NCBI RefSeq assembly: GCF_000143415.4
Contig: NW_003314539.1
Location: 1 to 14,525 of the forward strand
Reading direction: 5' to 3'
DNA length: 14,525 nucleotides
From: Selaginella moellendorffii
Lineage: Eukaryota > Plantae > Lycopodiophyta
The translations under genes and the position numbers were made by a program. A model generated the notes under the pieces. The model worked only from the letters and a program-made list of their open reading frames with translations, did no database searches and was not told where the DNA came from. Positions 1 to 9,377 of the stretch are shown one piece after another. Within the stretch, counting starts at the first letter, position 1. The number at the start of each line of letters is the position of its first letter.

Positions 1-1185
1 GCTAGTTTCTCACGATGATAAAAAAGAAGTCTCACCTGAGTTTGAAGCGAAATGACAAGAATACAAAAATGATAAAGAAAATCAGCCGAAAAGAATGAAA
101 AATTACTCCATTCCAATCTGAAATCCGCTAGCCCACCATGCCAAAAGGCCTGAGCAACGCCATTCGTTTGTGGCCTAGGGCAAGTGCACTGGATCAAACT
201 GGAATGAAGTGCAGGCAAGCAGAAAAGCAAACAAATATGCATTCAAGAGAAACAATGCGAAACAAAAGTAAAGCAATTTGAAACAGAGACGATCATCAAT
301 GCTGGACACAAAGTAAAAATATGCAATTTGGTTGATTTTTACAATGGTTGCCCATACAGAAGTTATAAATTCCATCAAGGATCTATCACAAAAATGTTGT
401 GGATGCCATATAACTGTAGTGACTTTGAGGCTGAGAAGAAAGTCAATGAGCCACTCCCATACCAACTTAACTCTTTTTTTCCATAAAGGTGGTTATGGAA
501 AAATTAGAAAAAATCTAGAACAAATGCTTTTGAATATGTCTAAACACCTATATTATATTAAGAAAAGCTTAAGAAATTCATAGCTTTAAGTGAAATAATG
601 AAGTGCAAATTATGAATCATGTTCACATAAGAAGGAGCTAAACTATTTACGCATTTCTAAAAGATAATCTCTGTTTATTTATTCTTTTATTTTATTTTAA
701 TTTCTTTAATTTTGGTATAAACCTTACTTGTATAGCTAATAATGGACTGTCATTGATTGCATTATATTGGTGAACCAGAAATATACCTGGATTAAATAAT
801 TGTCAAATTTATTCAAATTTTATTTAAATGTCACAGCTCTATAATCTCTATATTGCTTTAGTTCTTTTATTCTAAAGATAAATACATGCATACATATAAT
901 AATTATAATAATATAATCTCTATAAACAAAAAATGCTAGAACATAGTATAAATAATGGAGTAAAATTATTTATTTTTAGAAATCATAAAAATTGCTACCA
1001 TTTATTGATTTATTTTTTTTATTCTGAAAATAAAGCCATTAGGGTCATCAAAAAATTATTGTGAAGCTGGTTGCTGCAAAGGCGGAGTAGAAATTATCAA
1101 TTTAGTTTTTCCGAAAGTACAAGAAAATCTAACATTAAACTCTAATTTTAAAGACTATCTCAGCAATAATCTGTGCTTCTTCCAG

Positions 1186-1265
1186 CTATAACTTTCGACA
1201 ACACCTGGAACAAGATCCTGGGTGGTAGCAACAAAGTCGCAGGGCCATTCAGCTACGGCACAGGC
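1186..1265 (+). pseudogene. Orphan exon fragment resembling a plant subtilisin-like protease (subtilase)
   Basis: After a pyrimidine-rich acceptor (GTGCTTCTTCCAG|CT) the frame reads (A)ITFDNTWNKILGGSNKVAGPFSYGTG. This resembles the subtilase segment following SAxMTTA (xxxDNT..AxPFxYGxGH). The frame closes at 1308-1310 and no flanking subtilase exons were recognised. Confidence 0.55.
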
Positions 1266-1683
1266 ATTCTGAGCCACTCTCTTTCACACAAGAATCACTT
1301 TATTCCATGACTGGGCTAGCATCTTGGAAGTGCCAGCCCCTCAGGCCTTTGCCTTTGTTCTTTGCCTATCACCTTCTTCACAAAAAAAGAACGCCTCCAA
1401 GAGACATCGATTACATTCGCAGCTGTACAACTGTGATGTCCGAGACATTGAATTTGGCTATCTTTGAGCAACTGAGATGGTTTGGAAGATGCTGCTGCTG
1501 AGTTTCCAGGTGAGCCTCTCTTGTCATTTTCCAGGCAAAATTCTTATCAGTCTTATATCTTTCATCCAGGGACTGTCTAGCTCAAAGTAACGAATATGCT
1601 GGCTATATTCTTGAAAGTGTTTGAAAACTTGGGCGGGAGAGTTTTTAGGGCTCTCGCCTAGCATATTTCGCATGAAAATTTCA

Positions 1684-2145
1684 GCCGAGATCATCGCCGA
1701 GGGCGGCGAGGAACACCTCCTGGTAGATCCGCCTCACTTCTCCCAATCCATCGTCGTAGGCGCAAAACCCCACAGCCAGTAGGGCTCTCGCGACGCTCGC
1801 CGCCACGAGGTCGCTCACGGCTGCCGAATTCGAGCTGCGCAGCACAGATTCATCCAGCCCACAGGCATGGAAGCACGCCGCGAGCAGGGAGGTGTTCGTC
1901 AGCTTGTAACCGCCGTTTACTCCGGCGTGGTGATTGTCATCTAGCTTGACGAGCTCCATCGCCAGGCACAGGTTGAGGCACGCTGCTCCAACGACGCTCA
2001 AGTGATGGTGGCTCGATCCTTTCACTCCCGGAAAGTCGAGAAATGCCGCTATGAGCATCTTGTCCAGAGAGATGCCAGTTCTCATCCCGGGCTTGAGGTA
2101 ACCTTCCTCGGGTGGATAGTCCAAAAGGCGCCGAACTGTTGGAAG
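1684..2145 (-). other. Putative degenerate RNase III-like domain, copy A (out of frame with the upstream gene)
   Basis: Near-identical to 7309-7779 apart from a 3-aa deletion (AGN) and a few substitutions; contained in ORF 1681-2172. Confidence 0.62.
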
Positions 2146-5100
2146 GTACGTCTCTCGCCACACGCTGATCATCTCTCAGTTAAAAAACCTCGTCTGGCAG
2201 CTCCATCGTCCACGCCTCGTCTTTGATCTCGTCCAGCGATGATAAGACTTGGAAAGCTTGCTCCAGGAGGTATTTCCGATTGTCCAGAGGTGGTGGTCTC
2301 GGAGTAGCAGCGACAAAAGCTGGAGAGTAAGAACTTGAAGCGACGACAATGGTGGTCGGTCTCGAGTCTGCTGGAGGTTTGGAAATGCTTGAATCTCTCT
2401 CCAACTGATCTTCCTCCGTTTCAGGAACATCCGGTAGCACAAACGGTTCCATCTCTGCGACTGCTTCACCGCCATGTAAGTTCTTCTCAGCGTCAGCTTT
2501 AGATGGATCCACAATCACCCTGGTCTTTAGAAACGTCTCGTCCTCGCTATAGAGCCGCATGTTGTGCTTGATGAGCATGTTGTCCACCTCCATGACGTCG
2601 AACTTAGAGAATGCCAGCATGCTCAGATGCCTCTCCATGCCTGGAATCAAGTACCGGTGGTGGAAAAGCAGACCCTCCGCTATGATCCTCGCGAACTCGG
2701 TCCCAAACTCTGTGTTCCTCTTCTTCCTTTGCCCCTCGTCGACATAGGCTAGTTCCTGCCTCTCCCTGTTCCAGTAGAGCATCCTCTCCGAGACCGCGTG
2801 ACGTGTAGTGTCTCCAACGCGAAGAGTCCAGTGAACTTTCAGGCTCGTTTCGAGTTCCACCTCCTTTAGACGCAGCAGTTCCTGCACTATGGTTTGTCGC
2901 TCCTTGACGGAGAGTGTTTGTCCCAAACCAGTTTCCTTCCGAGTGAGAGGCTCATGCAGCTCGTGTTCGTCTCCGATTCAGCACATTCGGAGATTGTCTT
3001 GACCCCCAGCCAGGAGTAGACTTTATATAGCTCCTGCGTGTTGATCTCCTGGCTGGCTGGATACCACGCCACCCACGGACGAGGATTAGTGTTTCCAAAG
3101 AGACGTTCCAGCTCTAGCTGATCAACCATGACCGTCTTTGCAGGCGGAAGAAGCTTGACGGTGGCTGCGTTCTTTTCGCAGGCTGGTATTGAAGGAACGC
3201 AGCTGCTCGCGCGGAAAGCTTTCAGATACAGCGTCGAAGTTGGTCGTGACGAGACTAGTTTCGCCTCCACCAGCTCACGCCACACTGTGTAAGCCTTTTG
3301 TACCTCGACATCTTTTCCCTTAGAAGACCACCTCTGCCAGAGCTCGCAGAACTTGGTGATCGAAGGCTTCTCACAAACATGAAACCTCTTCTGAAGGATG
3401 TCTTGCATGACCCGCTTGTAGCAGCTATCCAGAGGTACAACACCGATTTCTCCAAACAAGCCCTCAACGTCGTGAATGACGCATTCTTCCTTTATCTTCC
3501 AGGTTGCTGCACGGCCTTCGCTCTGCGGCACCCAGATCACGCCAATGTCCCTCCATAATTCTTGTTCAGCGCAGCGGGAGAGGTACTGATAAAATCTGAC
3601 CACTTTAGCCGTGTCGACTTCCTGAGCAGGAAGCTTCTGCATATTGCCGAGACAGCGGAGGACAGTTGCATATCCCATGCCGGGCTCGCAAGCCACTCCC
3701 AGGCTTCGGAACTCGTTCTTATACTCCTCCAATGGCATCCAGTCCTTGTCCACGAACGGAACGTCCTCGACTTTCAAGACTTTAAGCAGCTCAGGCACCG
3801 GCAGGAATGCAACGGTTGGGCAGCAGTATCCGTGGCTCGTCTTCAACCACTTGGTATTCTTAATACTGGAAGCGAAAGCGGGTGCATTGCAGTGCCTGGA
3901 TTTAATCCACTTCAGTAACAACGAGCTCGCTGCGACGTTACCAACATAATGCGGAGGAAGGGCCTCGTTCACCGGATCAAAGGCGGGGATGTCCGTAGCC
4001 AGGAACTGCTCCTTCAGAAAATTCACAAACTCGGTTCGCACGTCGGGGTCGGAGAGATCGACCGTTGCTGACTCCATATACTCTTCTGACAATTTTCGAA
4101 CGCCGCGTCTCCACACATCAGACGGGAGCAAGAGCGGCCACTTCGCTCCACAAGCCGCCGGTAGCAACAATGGACGCGTTGAAACATAACTCGCACCATA
4201 AGGACTCACAGCTCCGTCATTCTCGACGATTGGTACATTACGCTTTTGGTTGCTGATGGATGTGTACGAGCTGCGGTCGTTTCTGTACAGGTCGAACAGG
4301 AAGTGCATCGCTAGAACAGCAAGCTTTGCATCTGAGGAGTTCGCAGTGACTGCTCGAAGAACCTGACGAGCGAGTGAGCATGCTGTCAGTTCGCTCACGC
4401 TGAAGGGGGTTCTCTCCAACCAGTTCTCTAACACCGAGTGCTGCCGGATTTTTGCAGCGCAGGCCGATGGAACGAAGTTGAAAGTTAGCCAACGTTGAAA
4501 CACCTCTGTCCAACCAGCGAGCCAAGCGGTAGCTCTATGACCAGAATCCCAGTATATGGATCTGCCATCGTTTCGCGCGAGATCATCCATGCTTGCCAAC
4601 TGAAGTCGACCATCGGAGCCTCGATACTTGAGAAACTTGAGGGATCTCAAAGTTGACGACTTGGAGGACAGGAACACCAGCAGCTTGACATATGCATCGT
4701 CGGGGAGCGATCTCATCCAGTCTTCAGAGTCGAGGCTTTGGTGATATTCATCGTTGCTCATATCTGGGACTCCCAGGAGTCTCAGCACCGAGACGTAGCT
4801 CTCCTGCAGCGTGCTGTCCACTATGTACGAGGGACTTCCTCGCAAGAACCTGGGACACTTCGGTGCGGCTTTGAGGAGCTCTCGGAAGCTGGGGGCGATT
4901 TTTCTCGCAAGAGCAGGCTTGCAAAGCTGCCCGCTCGGTGGTGCACGGCCGACGTCCGAGGCGCAAAGAATGACGTTGTTGTCCTTCAGCTTGGACAAGA
5001 TATCGTTGCGGACTCTCTCGAGGTACGAGTTACGGCAAACATTCACAGGTACGTACTTGTACATTGCCATGCGTGCTACTGACGGTATACTCTGCAGTCC

Positions 5101-5858
5101 AAACGCCGTGGTGTTGAGGAGAAGCTCGAAGGCGTTGTAGAAAACCTCGGGAACACAGCGAAAGATCCCCTGGTTCCAGGGGCTGTCAAAGAGGAGCGTC
5201 TCACGGGAGGAAACGAGCAAAAAGTCCGAGTTGATAAGAAACGGCAGGCCCGAGTGGATATCGGAAGGCAGGAACGAGAAGATATCGCCAATGCTGCAGC
5301 TGCTCGAGATACGATCATCCACCGGAAAGGCTAGAGTGATCGTCCAGCTATCGACATCTTTTCGGTTTTCAACCTTGGCCTCCTCAGGTACTTTCAAAGT
5401 CTGCTTAAACATGTAGTAGTTGCTGTGCTGAGTGCCATTCCGTCCGTTACTAGCTGTGAGAAAAGTTGTGCTCGTTTCCACGCTTTCATTCTTTGACGTT
5501 GTCATCTCCACAGATCTGGAGAGAACCAGTTCCGTGGGAGGCCGCGACTGCTGATCGTAGATGGAGAGCATGCGTATCTTCGATAGGAAGAGGAGCGTCT
5601 CCGCTGGGATTTGAGTAAGCTGCTTTGCCACCTCCGAAATCTTTTCCTGACGCAAGGGAAGGATGATCACCGTTGCAGGAAGCTCGGCCTTGCTACAGAC
5701 CTTCTGCAGCACAGCGTCTGTAGGACGGTCGACCCATTCCGGGACAATATACCCGAGCTTGGCCTCGTTGTGGGGCTCTTCGTCGAAACGAATACGAAAG
5801 CCATTGCTGATTATATATGGCTGCTTGGTGACGAGAAAAACGCTCTTAAACCCAATTC

Positions 5859-5911
5859 CTGTACGAGCAAGAGACGTTACCACGGCTAGAGAGGGAGAGG
5901 TAAGAACTCAC
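5859..5911 (-). other. Intron 2 of copy A (53 nt, phase 1)
   Basis: AAAG|GTGAGT...GTACAG|GA. Removing it rejoins GYIGEKG-IGFKSVF exactly. Confidence 0.92.
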
Positions 5912-6122
5912 CTTTCTCGCCAATGTATCCTTGAGACTTCTTTCCTTTCTTTGTGGACTGACCAGAGCCGCACAAGGACTCTATATTCGTTTCCTAGAAA
6001 CCAACTTCGTTGTTCAAGAGCAGCAGCGTGGCAGCTGCTCCAGTGCCAGTGACGTCGGTCTTTGTGAGATAGATTTCGATGCTCGGCTCCACGGACGAAT
6101 GGTAAGTGTTGTCCTCAGCGTT

Positions 6123-6171
6123 CTAAGACGCTCATGTTTGTCAGGGACAGAACCAAGTTCGAGCAAAGTAC
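6123..6171 (-). other. Intron 1 of copy A (49 nt, phase 0)
   Basis: CAG|GTACTT...TCTTAG|AAC. Removing it rejoins the GHKL N-box ELVQ-NAEDN exactly. Confidence 0.92.
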
Positions 6172-6786
6172 CTGGACGAGTTCGGACAGGAAATGGATGT
6201 CCTTCTGGTAGAGCTCGGCCGAGAGGAGCCTGATCGTCTCCTGGAGCATGGGAGCGAGAGGATTGGGACCGGACTGGCCGATTCCAAAGAGCTCGCGACG
6301 CAAGCGCTCGATAAACATTCGCTGGGACGACATTTCGCTGTGCAGAAATGTGTCTAATGGATTGCATTATATTGGTGAACCAGAAATATGCCTGGATTAA
6401 ATAATTGTCAAATTTATTCAAATTTTATTTAAATGTCACAGCTCTATAATCTCTATATTGCTTTAGTTTTTTTATTCTAAAGATAAATGCATACATATAA
6501 TAATTATAATAATATAATCTCTATAAACAGAAATGCTGATTGTAGACTAGAACATAATGGAGTAAACATTTATTTTTAGAAATCATAAAAATTGCTACCA
6601 TTTATTGCTTTAGTTTTTTATTCTGAAAATAACAAGCTATTAGGGTCATCAAAAAATTATTGTGAAGCTGGTTGCTGCAAAGGCGGAGTAGAAATTATCA
6701 ATTTAGTTTTTCCGAAAGTACAAGAAAATCTAACATTAAACTCTAATTTTAAAGACTATCTCAGCAATAATCTGTGCTTCTTCCAG

Positions 6787-6866
6787 CTATAACTTTCGAC
6801 AACACCTGGAACAAGATCCTGGGTGGTAGCAACAAAGTCGCAGGGCCATTCAGCTACGGCACAGGC
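6787..6866 (+). pseudogene. Second copy of the subtilase-like exon fragment
   Basis: Identical to 1186-1265 (offset 5601). Confidence 0.55.
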
Positions 6867-7305
6867 ATTCTGAGCCACTCTCTTTCACACAAGAATCACT
6901 TTATTCCATGACCGGGCTAGCATCTTGGAAGTGCCAGCCCCTCAGGCCTTTGCCTTTGTTCTTTGCCTATCACCTTCTTCACAAAAATGAACGCCTCTAA
7001 GAGACATCGATTACATTCGCAACTGTACAACTGCAATGTCTGCGACATTGAATTTGGCTATCTTTGAGCAACTGAGATGGTTTGGAAGATGCTGGAACTG
7101 TGTATCAGGCTGCTGAGTTTCCAGGTGAGCCTCTCTCGTCATTTGATCCAGGCAAAATTCTTATCAGTCTTATATCTTTCATCCAGGGATCAAAGTAACG
7201 AATATGCTGGCTATATTCCTAGAAAGTATTTGAAAACTTGGGCGGGAGAGTTTTTAGGGCTCTTGATACAAAACCGGTGAGCCTAGCATATTTCGCATGA
7301 AAATT

Positions 7306-8640
7306 TCAGCCGAGAGCATCGCCGAGGGCGGCGAGGAACACCTCCTGGTAGATCCGCCTCACTTCTCCCAATCCATCGCCGTAGGCGCAAAACCCCACAG
7401 CCAGTAGGGCTCTTGCGACGCTCACCGCCACGAGGTCGCTCACGGCTGCCGAATTCGAGCTGCGCAGCACAGATTCATCCAGCCCACAGGCATGGAAGCA
7501 TGCCGCGAGCAGGGAGGTGTTCGTCAGCTTGTAAGCGCCGTTTACTCCGCTGTGGTGATTGTCATCTAGCTTGACGAGCTCCATCGCCAGGCACAGGTTG
7601 AGGCACGCTGCTCCAACGACGCTCAAGTGATGGTGGCTCGATCCTTTCACTCCCGGAAAGTTTCCAGCGTCGAGAAATGCCGCTGTGAGCATCTTGTCTA
7701 GAGACATGCCAGTCCTCATCCCGGGCTTGAGGTAACCTTCCTCGGGTGGATAGTCCAAAAGGCGACGAACTGTTGGAAGGTACGTCTCTCGCCACACGCT
7801 GATCTTCTCTGAGTTAAAAAACTCGTCTGGCAGCTCCATCGTCCACGCCTCGTCTTTGATCTCGTCCAGCGATGACAAGACTTGGAAAGCTTGCTCCAGG
7901 AGGTATTTCCGATTGTCCAGAGGTGGTGGTCTCGGAGTAGCAGCGACAAAAGCTGGAGAGTAAGAACTTGAAGCGACGACAATGGTGGTCGATCTCGAGT
8001 CTGCTGGAGGTTTGGAAATGCTTGAATCTCTCTCCAACTGATCTTCCTCCGTTTCAGGAACATCCAGTAGCACAAACGGTTCCATCTCTGCGACTGCTTC
8101 ACCACCATGTAAGTTCTTCTCAGCGTCAGCTTTAGATGGATCCACAATCACCCCGGTCTTTAGAAACGTCTCGTCCTCGCTATAGAGCCGCATGTTGTGC
8201 TTGATGAGCATGTTGTCCACCTCCATGACGTCGAACTTAGAGAATGCCAGCATGCTCAGATGCCTCTCCATGCCTGGAATCAAGTACCGGTGGTGGAAAA
8301 GCAGACCCTCCGCTATGATCCTCGCGAACTCGGTCCCAAACTCTGTGTTCCTCTTCTTCCTTTGCCTTTCGTCGACATAGGCTAGTTCCTGCCTCTCTCT
8401 GTTCCAGTAGAGCATCCTCTCCGAGACCGCGTGGCGCGTAGTGTCTCCAATGCGAAGAGTCCAATGAACTTTCAGGCCCGTTTCGAGTTCCACCTCCTTT
8501 AGACGCAGCAGTTCCTGCACTATGGTTTGTCGCTCCTTGATGGAGAGTGATAGAGCCAGATACCCGAGTATTGCTCTAAACAGTCCCAGGTGGATGTATC
8601 CTTCGTCCCAAACCAGTTTCCTTCCGAGTGAGAGGCTCAT
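7306..8640 (-). CDS. Uninterrupted 444-aa C-terminal reading frame of copy B (end of the At3g48770-like region + linker + RNase III-like domain); expression unknown
   Basis: Open from the ATG at 8640-8638, which lies inside the TSD, to TGA at 7306-7308. It retains the GLFRAILGYLA segment that copy A has lost. It is a fragment of the larger gene, not shown to be an independent gene. Confidence 0.4.
   Translation of the reverse strand: MSLSLGRKLVWDEGYIHLGLFRAILGYLALSLSIKERQTIVQELLRLKEVELETGLKVHWTLRIGDTTRHAVSERMLYWNRERQELAYVDERQRKKRNTEFGTEFARIIAEGLLFHHRYLIPGMERHLSMLAFSKFDVMEVDNMLIKHNMRLYSEDETFLKTGVIVDPSKADAEKNLHGGEAVAEMEPFVLLDVPETEEDQLERDSSISKPPADSRSTTIVVASSSYSPAFVAATPRPPPLDNRKYLLEQAFQVLSSLDEIKDEAWTMELPDEFFNSEKISVWRETYLPTVRRLLDYPPEEGYLKPGMRTGMSLDKMLTAAFLDAGNFPGVKGSSHHHLSVVGAACLNLCLAMELVKLDDNHHSGVNGAYKLTNTSLLAACFHACGLDESVLRSSNSAAVSDLVAVSVARALLAVGFCAYGDGLGEVRRIYQEVFLAALGDALG
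7309..7779 (-). other. Putative degenerate (non-catalytic) RNase III-like domain, copy B
   Basis: Five blocks match the RNase III consensus in order and spacing: TVRRLLDY (LxxxLGY), MLTAAFLDAG (LLxxALTHxS), HHHLSVVGAACLNLCLAMELVK (NERLEFLGDAVLxLxVSxxLF), LTNTSLLAACFHACGLDESV (LVxxxxLAxxAxxLGLxxxL), AVSVARALLAVGF..DGLGEVRRIYQEVF (LADxFEALIGAIYLDxGxxxAxxFIxxxF). Alignment by eye only. Confidence 0.65.
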
Positions 8641-8645
8641 GCAGC
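8638..8645. repeat. Left target-site duplication CATGCAGC
   Basis: Identical to 11570-11577; 8 bp is the hAT-typical length. Confidence 0.97.
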
Positions 8646-8661
8646 CAGTGCTTCAAAACAC
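8646..8661 (+). repeat. Left TIR CAGTGCTTCAAAACAC
   Basis: 14/16 match to the reverse complement of 11554-11569 (CATAGCTTCAAAACAC), with mismatches at positions 3-4. Confidence 0.93.
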
Positions 8662-8811
8662 GCCGTGCACCATGGCGCGTTGGCGTGGTGACACGAACAC
8701 GGCCACGAGCCATGTTAACACGGGCCGTGTTCATTGACTCGGTCAATGCTCCAAAACACGGCTCCAAACACAGTTGAAACACGGTCAAATACCGTGTGAC
8801 CACACCGTGTT
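8657..8811. repeat. Left subterminal repeats (AACACGG / CCGTGTT, both orientations)
   Basis: About nine ACACG/CGTGT cores in ~155 nt, analogous to the subterminal transposase-binding motifs of other hAT elements. Confidence 0.8.
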
Positions 8812-9089
8812 CTAAAACAATAGTTCATGTGGTTCACATGAGCGTTTTGCGCTTTGATGTTTTTCTTGTCTTGTGATCAATCAAAAATTCCTGCGATCAA
8901 TCAAAAGGTTTTTCCAGCGATCTATGGTGATTTTCTTGGGCTAAGAATGCCCTCTCTAGGATTCTAGCGCTAGAGTGGGAGGAATGGCACTCAGCCACGC
9001 CTGATTTCGCTGCAAAAAATTCTTGATCATTGTCTCCAGGTTTGTAGATTTTTTCTCCCAAATTTTCTCTTTGGATTGCTTTTGCCATA

Positions 9090-9153
9090 ATTCTTAGTTG
9101 CTTGGCACTGCATCTTTGTAGATTGCTGTGATTCTTAGTTGCTTGGCATTGCA
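9090..9153. repeat. 23-nt direct repeat in the transposon 5' region
   Basis: ATTCTTAGTTGCTTGGCACTGCA at 9090-9112 and ATTCTTAGTTGCTTGGCATTGCA at 9131-9153 (one mismatch). Confidence 0.8.
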
Positions 9154-9224
9154 ATTGTGTTATTAACGGTGTGATTCTAAAATTTTGAGTTTTTCAAAAT
9201 TTTTTTAGGCACAGGGTGTGACCG

Positions 9225-9372
9225 ATTGTGGATTGGAACAGGAGCAGGGTGTGGGATTTTAGAGGCTGAGCAATTGTGGATTGGAGCAGTAGCAGGGTGT
9301 GGGATTTTAGAGGTTGGACTGAGTGATTATGGATTGGAGTAGAAGCAAGTGCAGGATTTTAGAGGTTGAGCT
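9225..9372. repeat. Three-copy ~48-53-nt minisatellite just upstream of the transposase ATG
   Basis: Units start at 9225, 9273 and 9326 with consensus ATTGTGGATTGGAGCAG-AGCAGGGTGTGGGATTTTAGAGG. Confidence 0.85.
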
Positions 9373-9377
9373 AAGTG

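Larger units (their letters stand above)
1681..6333 (-). pseudogene. Copy A: sacsin/NOV-type GHKL (HATPase_c) ATPase gene, At3g48770-like, 3 exons (6333-6172, 6122-5912, 5858-1681), disabled
   Basis: Spliced translation: MSSQRMFIERLRRELFGIG..PNPL..LSAELYQKDIHFLSELVQ|NAEDNTY..TGAAATLLLLNNEVGF*ETNIESLCGSGQSTKKGKKSQGYIGEKG|IGFKSVFLVTKQPYIISNGFRIRF..LGYIVPEWV, followed by LLFLSKIR, FSFLP..GLPFLINSDFLLVSSRE and WNQGI. These are the GHKL N-box/G-box motifs and downstream motifs of this family. Lesions: in-frame TAG at 5994-5996 (codon 97), 52-nt deletion at 2916/2917, +1 C at 2188-2189, and an in-frame 9-nt deletion near 2035. Confidence 0.9.
755..6359. repeat. Tandem segmental duplication, unit A (3' flank + gene + ~26 nt upstream of the ATG)
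   Basis: GATTGCATTATATTGGTGAACCAGAAATAT starts at both 755 and 6360, and colinear similarity continues through the spacer and gene. Positions 1-~736 have no counterpart. The left breakpoint is uncertain by ~20 nt because a TAATGGA motif precedes both copies. Confidence 0.95.

Noticed and set aside
1-754. ORFs 175-465 (-) and 332-583 (+), and minus-strand splice-like signals near 35, 105 and 176
   Set aside because: AT-rich, low-complexity translations with no recognisable family; no consistent gene model can be supported.
1043-1090. Peptide GHQKIIVKLVAAKAE as an ankyrin-repeat remnant
   Set aside because: Too short and weak; the preceding TPLH-type motif is absent.
1313-1345. Hairpin as a Helitron 3' terminus explaining the captured fragment
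   Set aside because: No CTRR end at the expected distance on either strand, and no 5' TC boundary could be identified.
5994-5996. The in-frame TAG in exon 2, and the transposase stops, as sites of U-to-C RNA editing or readthrough
   Set aside because: Plant stop-removing U-to-C editing is organellar, whereas this gene has spliceosomal introns. Copy A also has two frameshifts, so ordinary pseudogenisation explains it.
2002-6233. Many 60-130-aa plus-strand and alternate-frame ORFs, repeated in copy B
   Set aside because: These are shadow ORFs of GC-rich coding sequence. They recur only because of the duplication and show no recognisable motifs.
8550-8601. The 52-nt segment present only in copy B as an intron lost from copy A (its size matches the other introns)
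   Set aside because: It lacks GT-AG ends on the minus strand and encodes in-frame, family-like GYIHLGLFRAILGYLAL. Its absence frameshifts copy A.
9225-9372. Minisatellite or subterminal repeats as a CRISPR-like array
   Set aside because: The units are degenerate tandem repeats without unique spacers, lie inside a eukaryotic transposon, and have no cas genes nearby.
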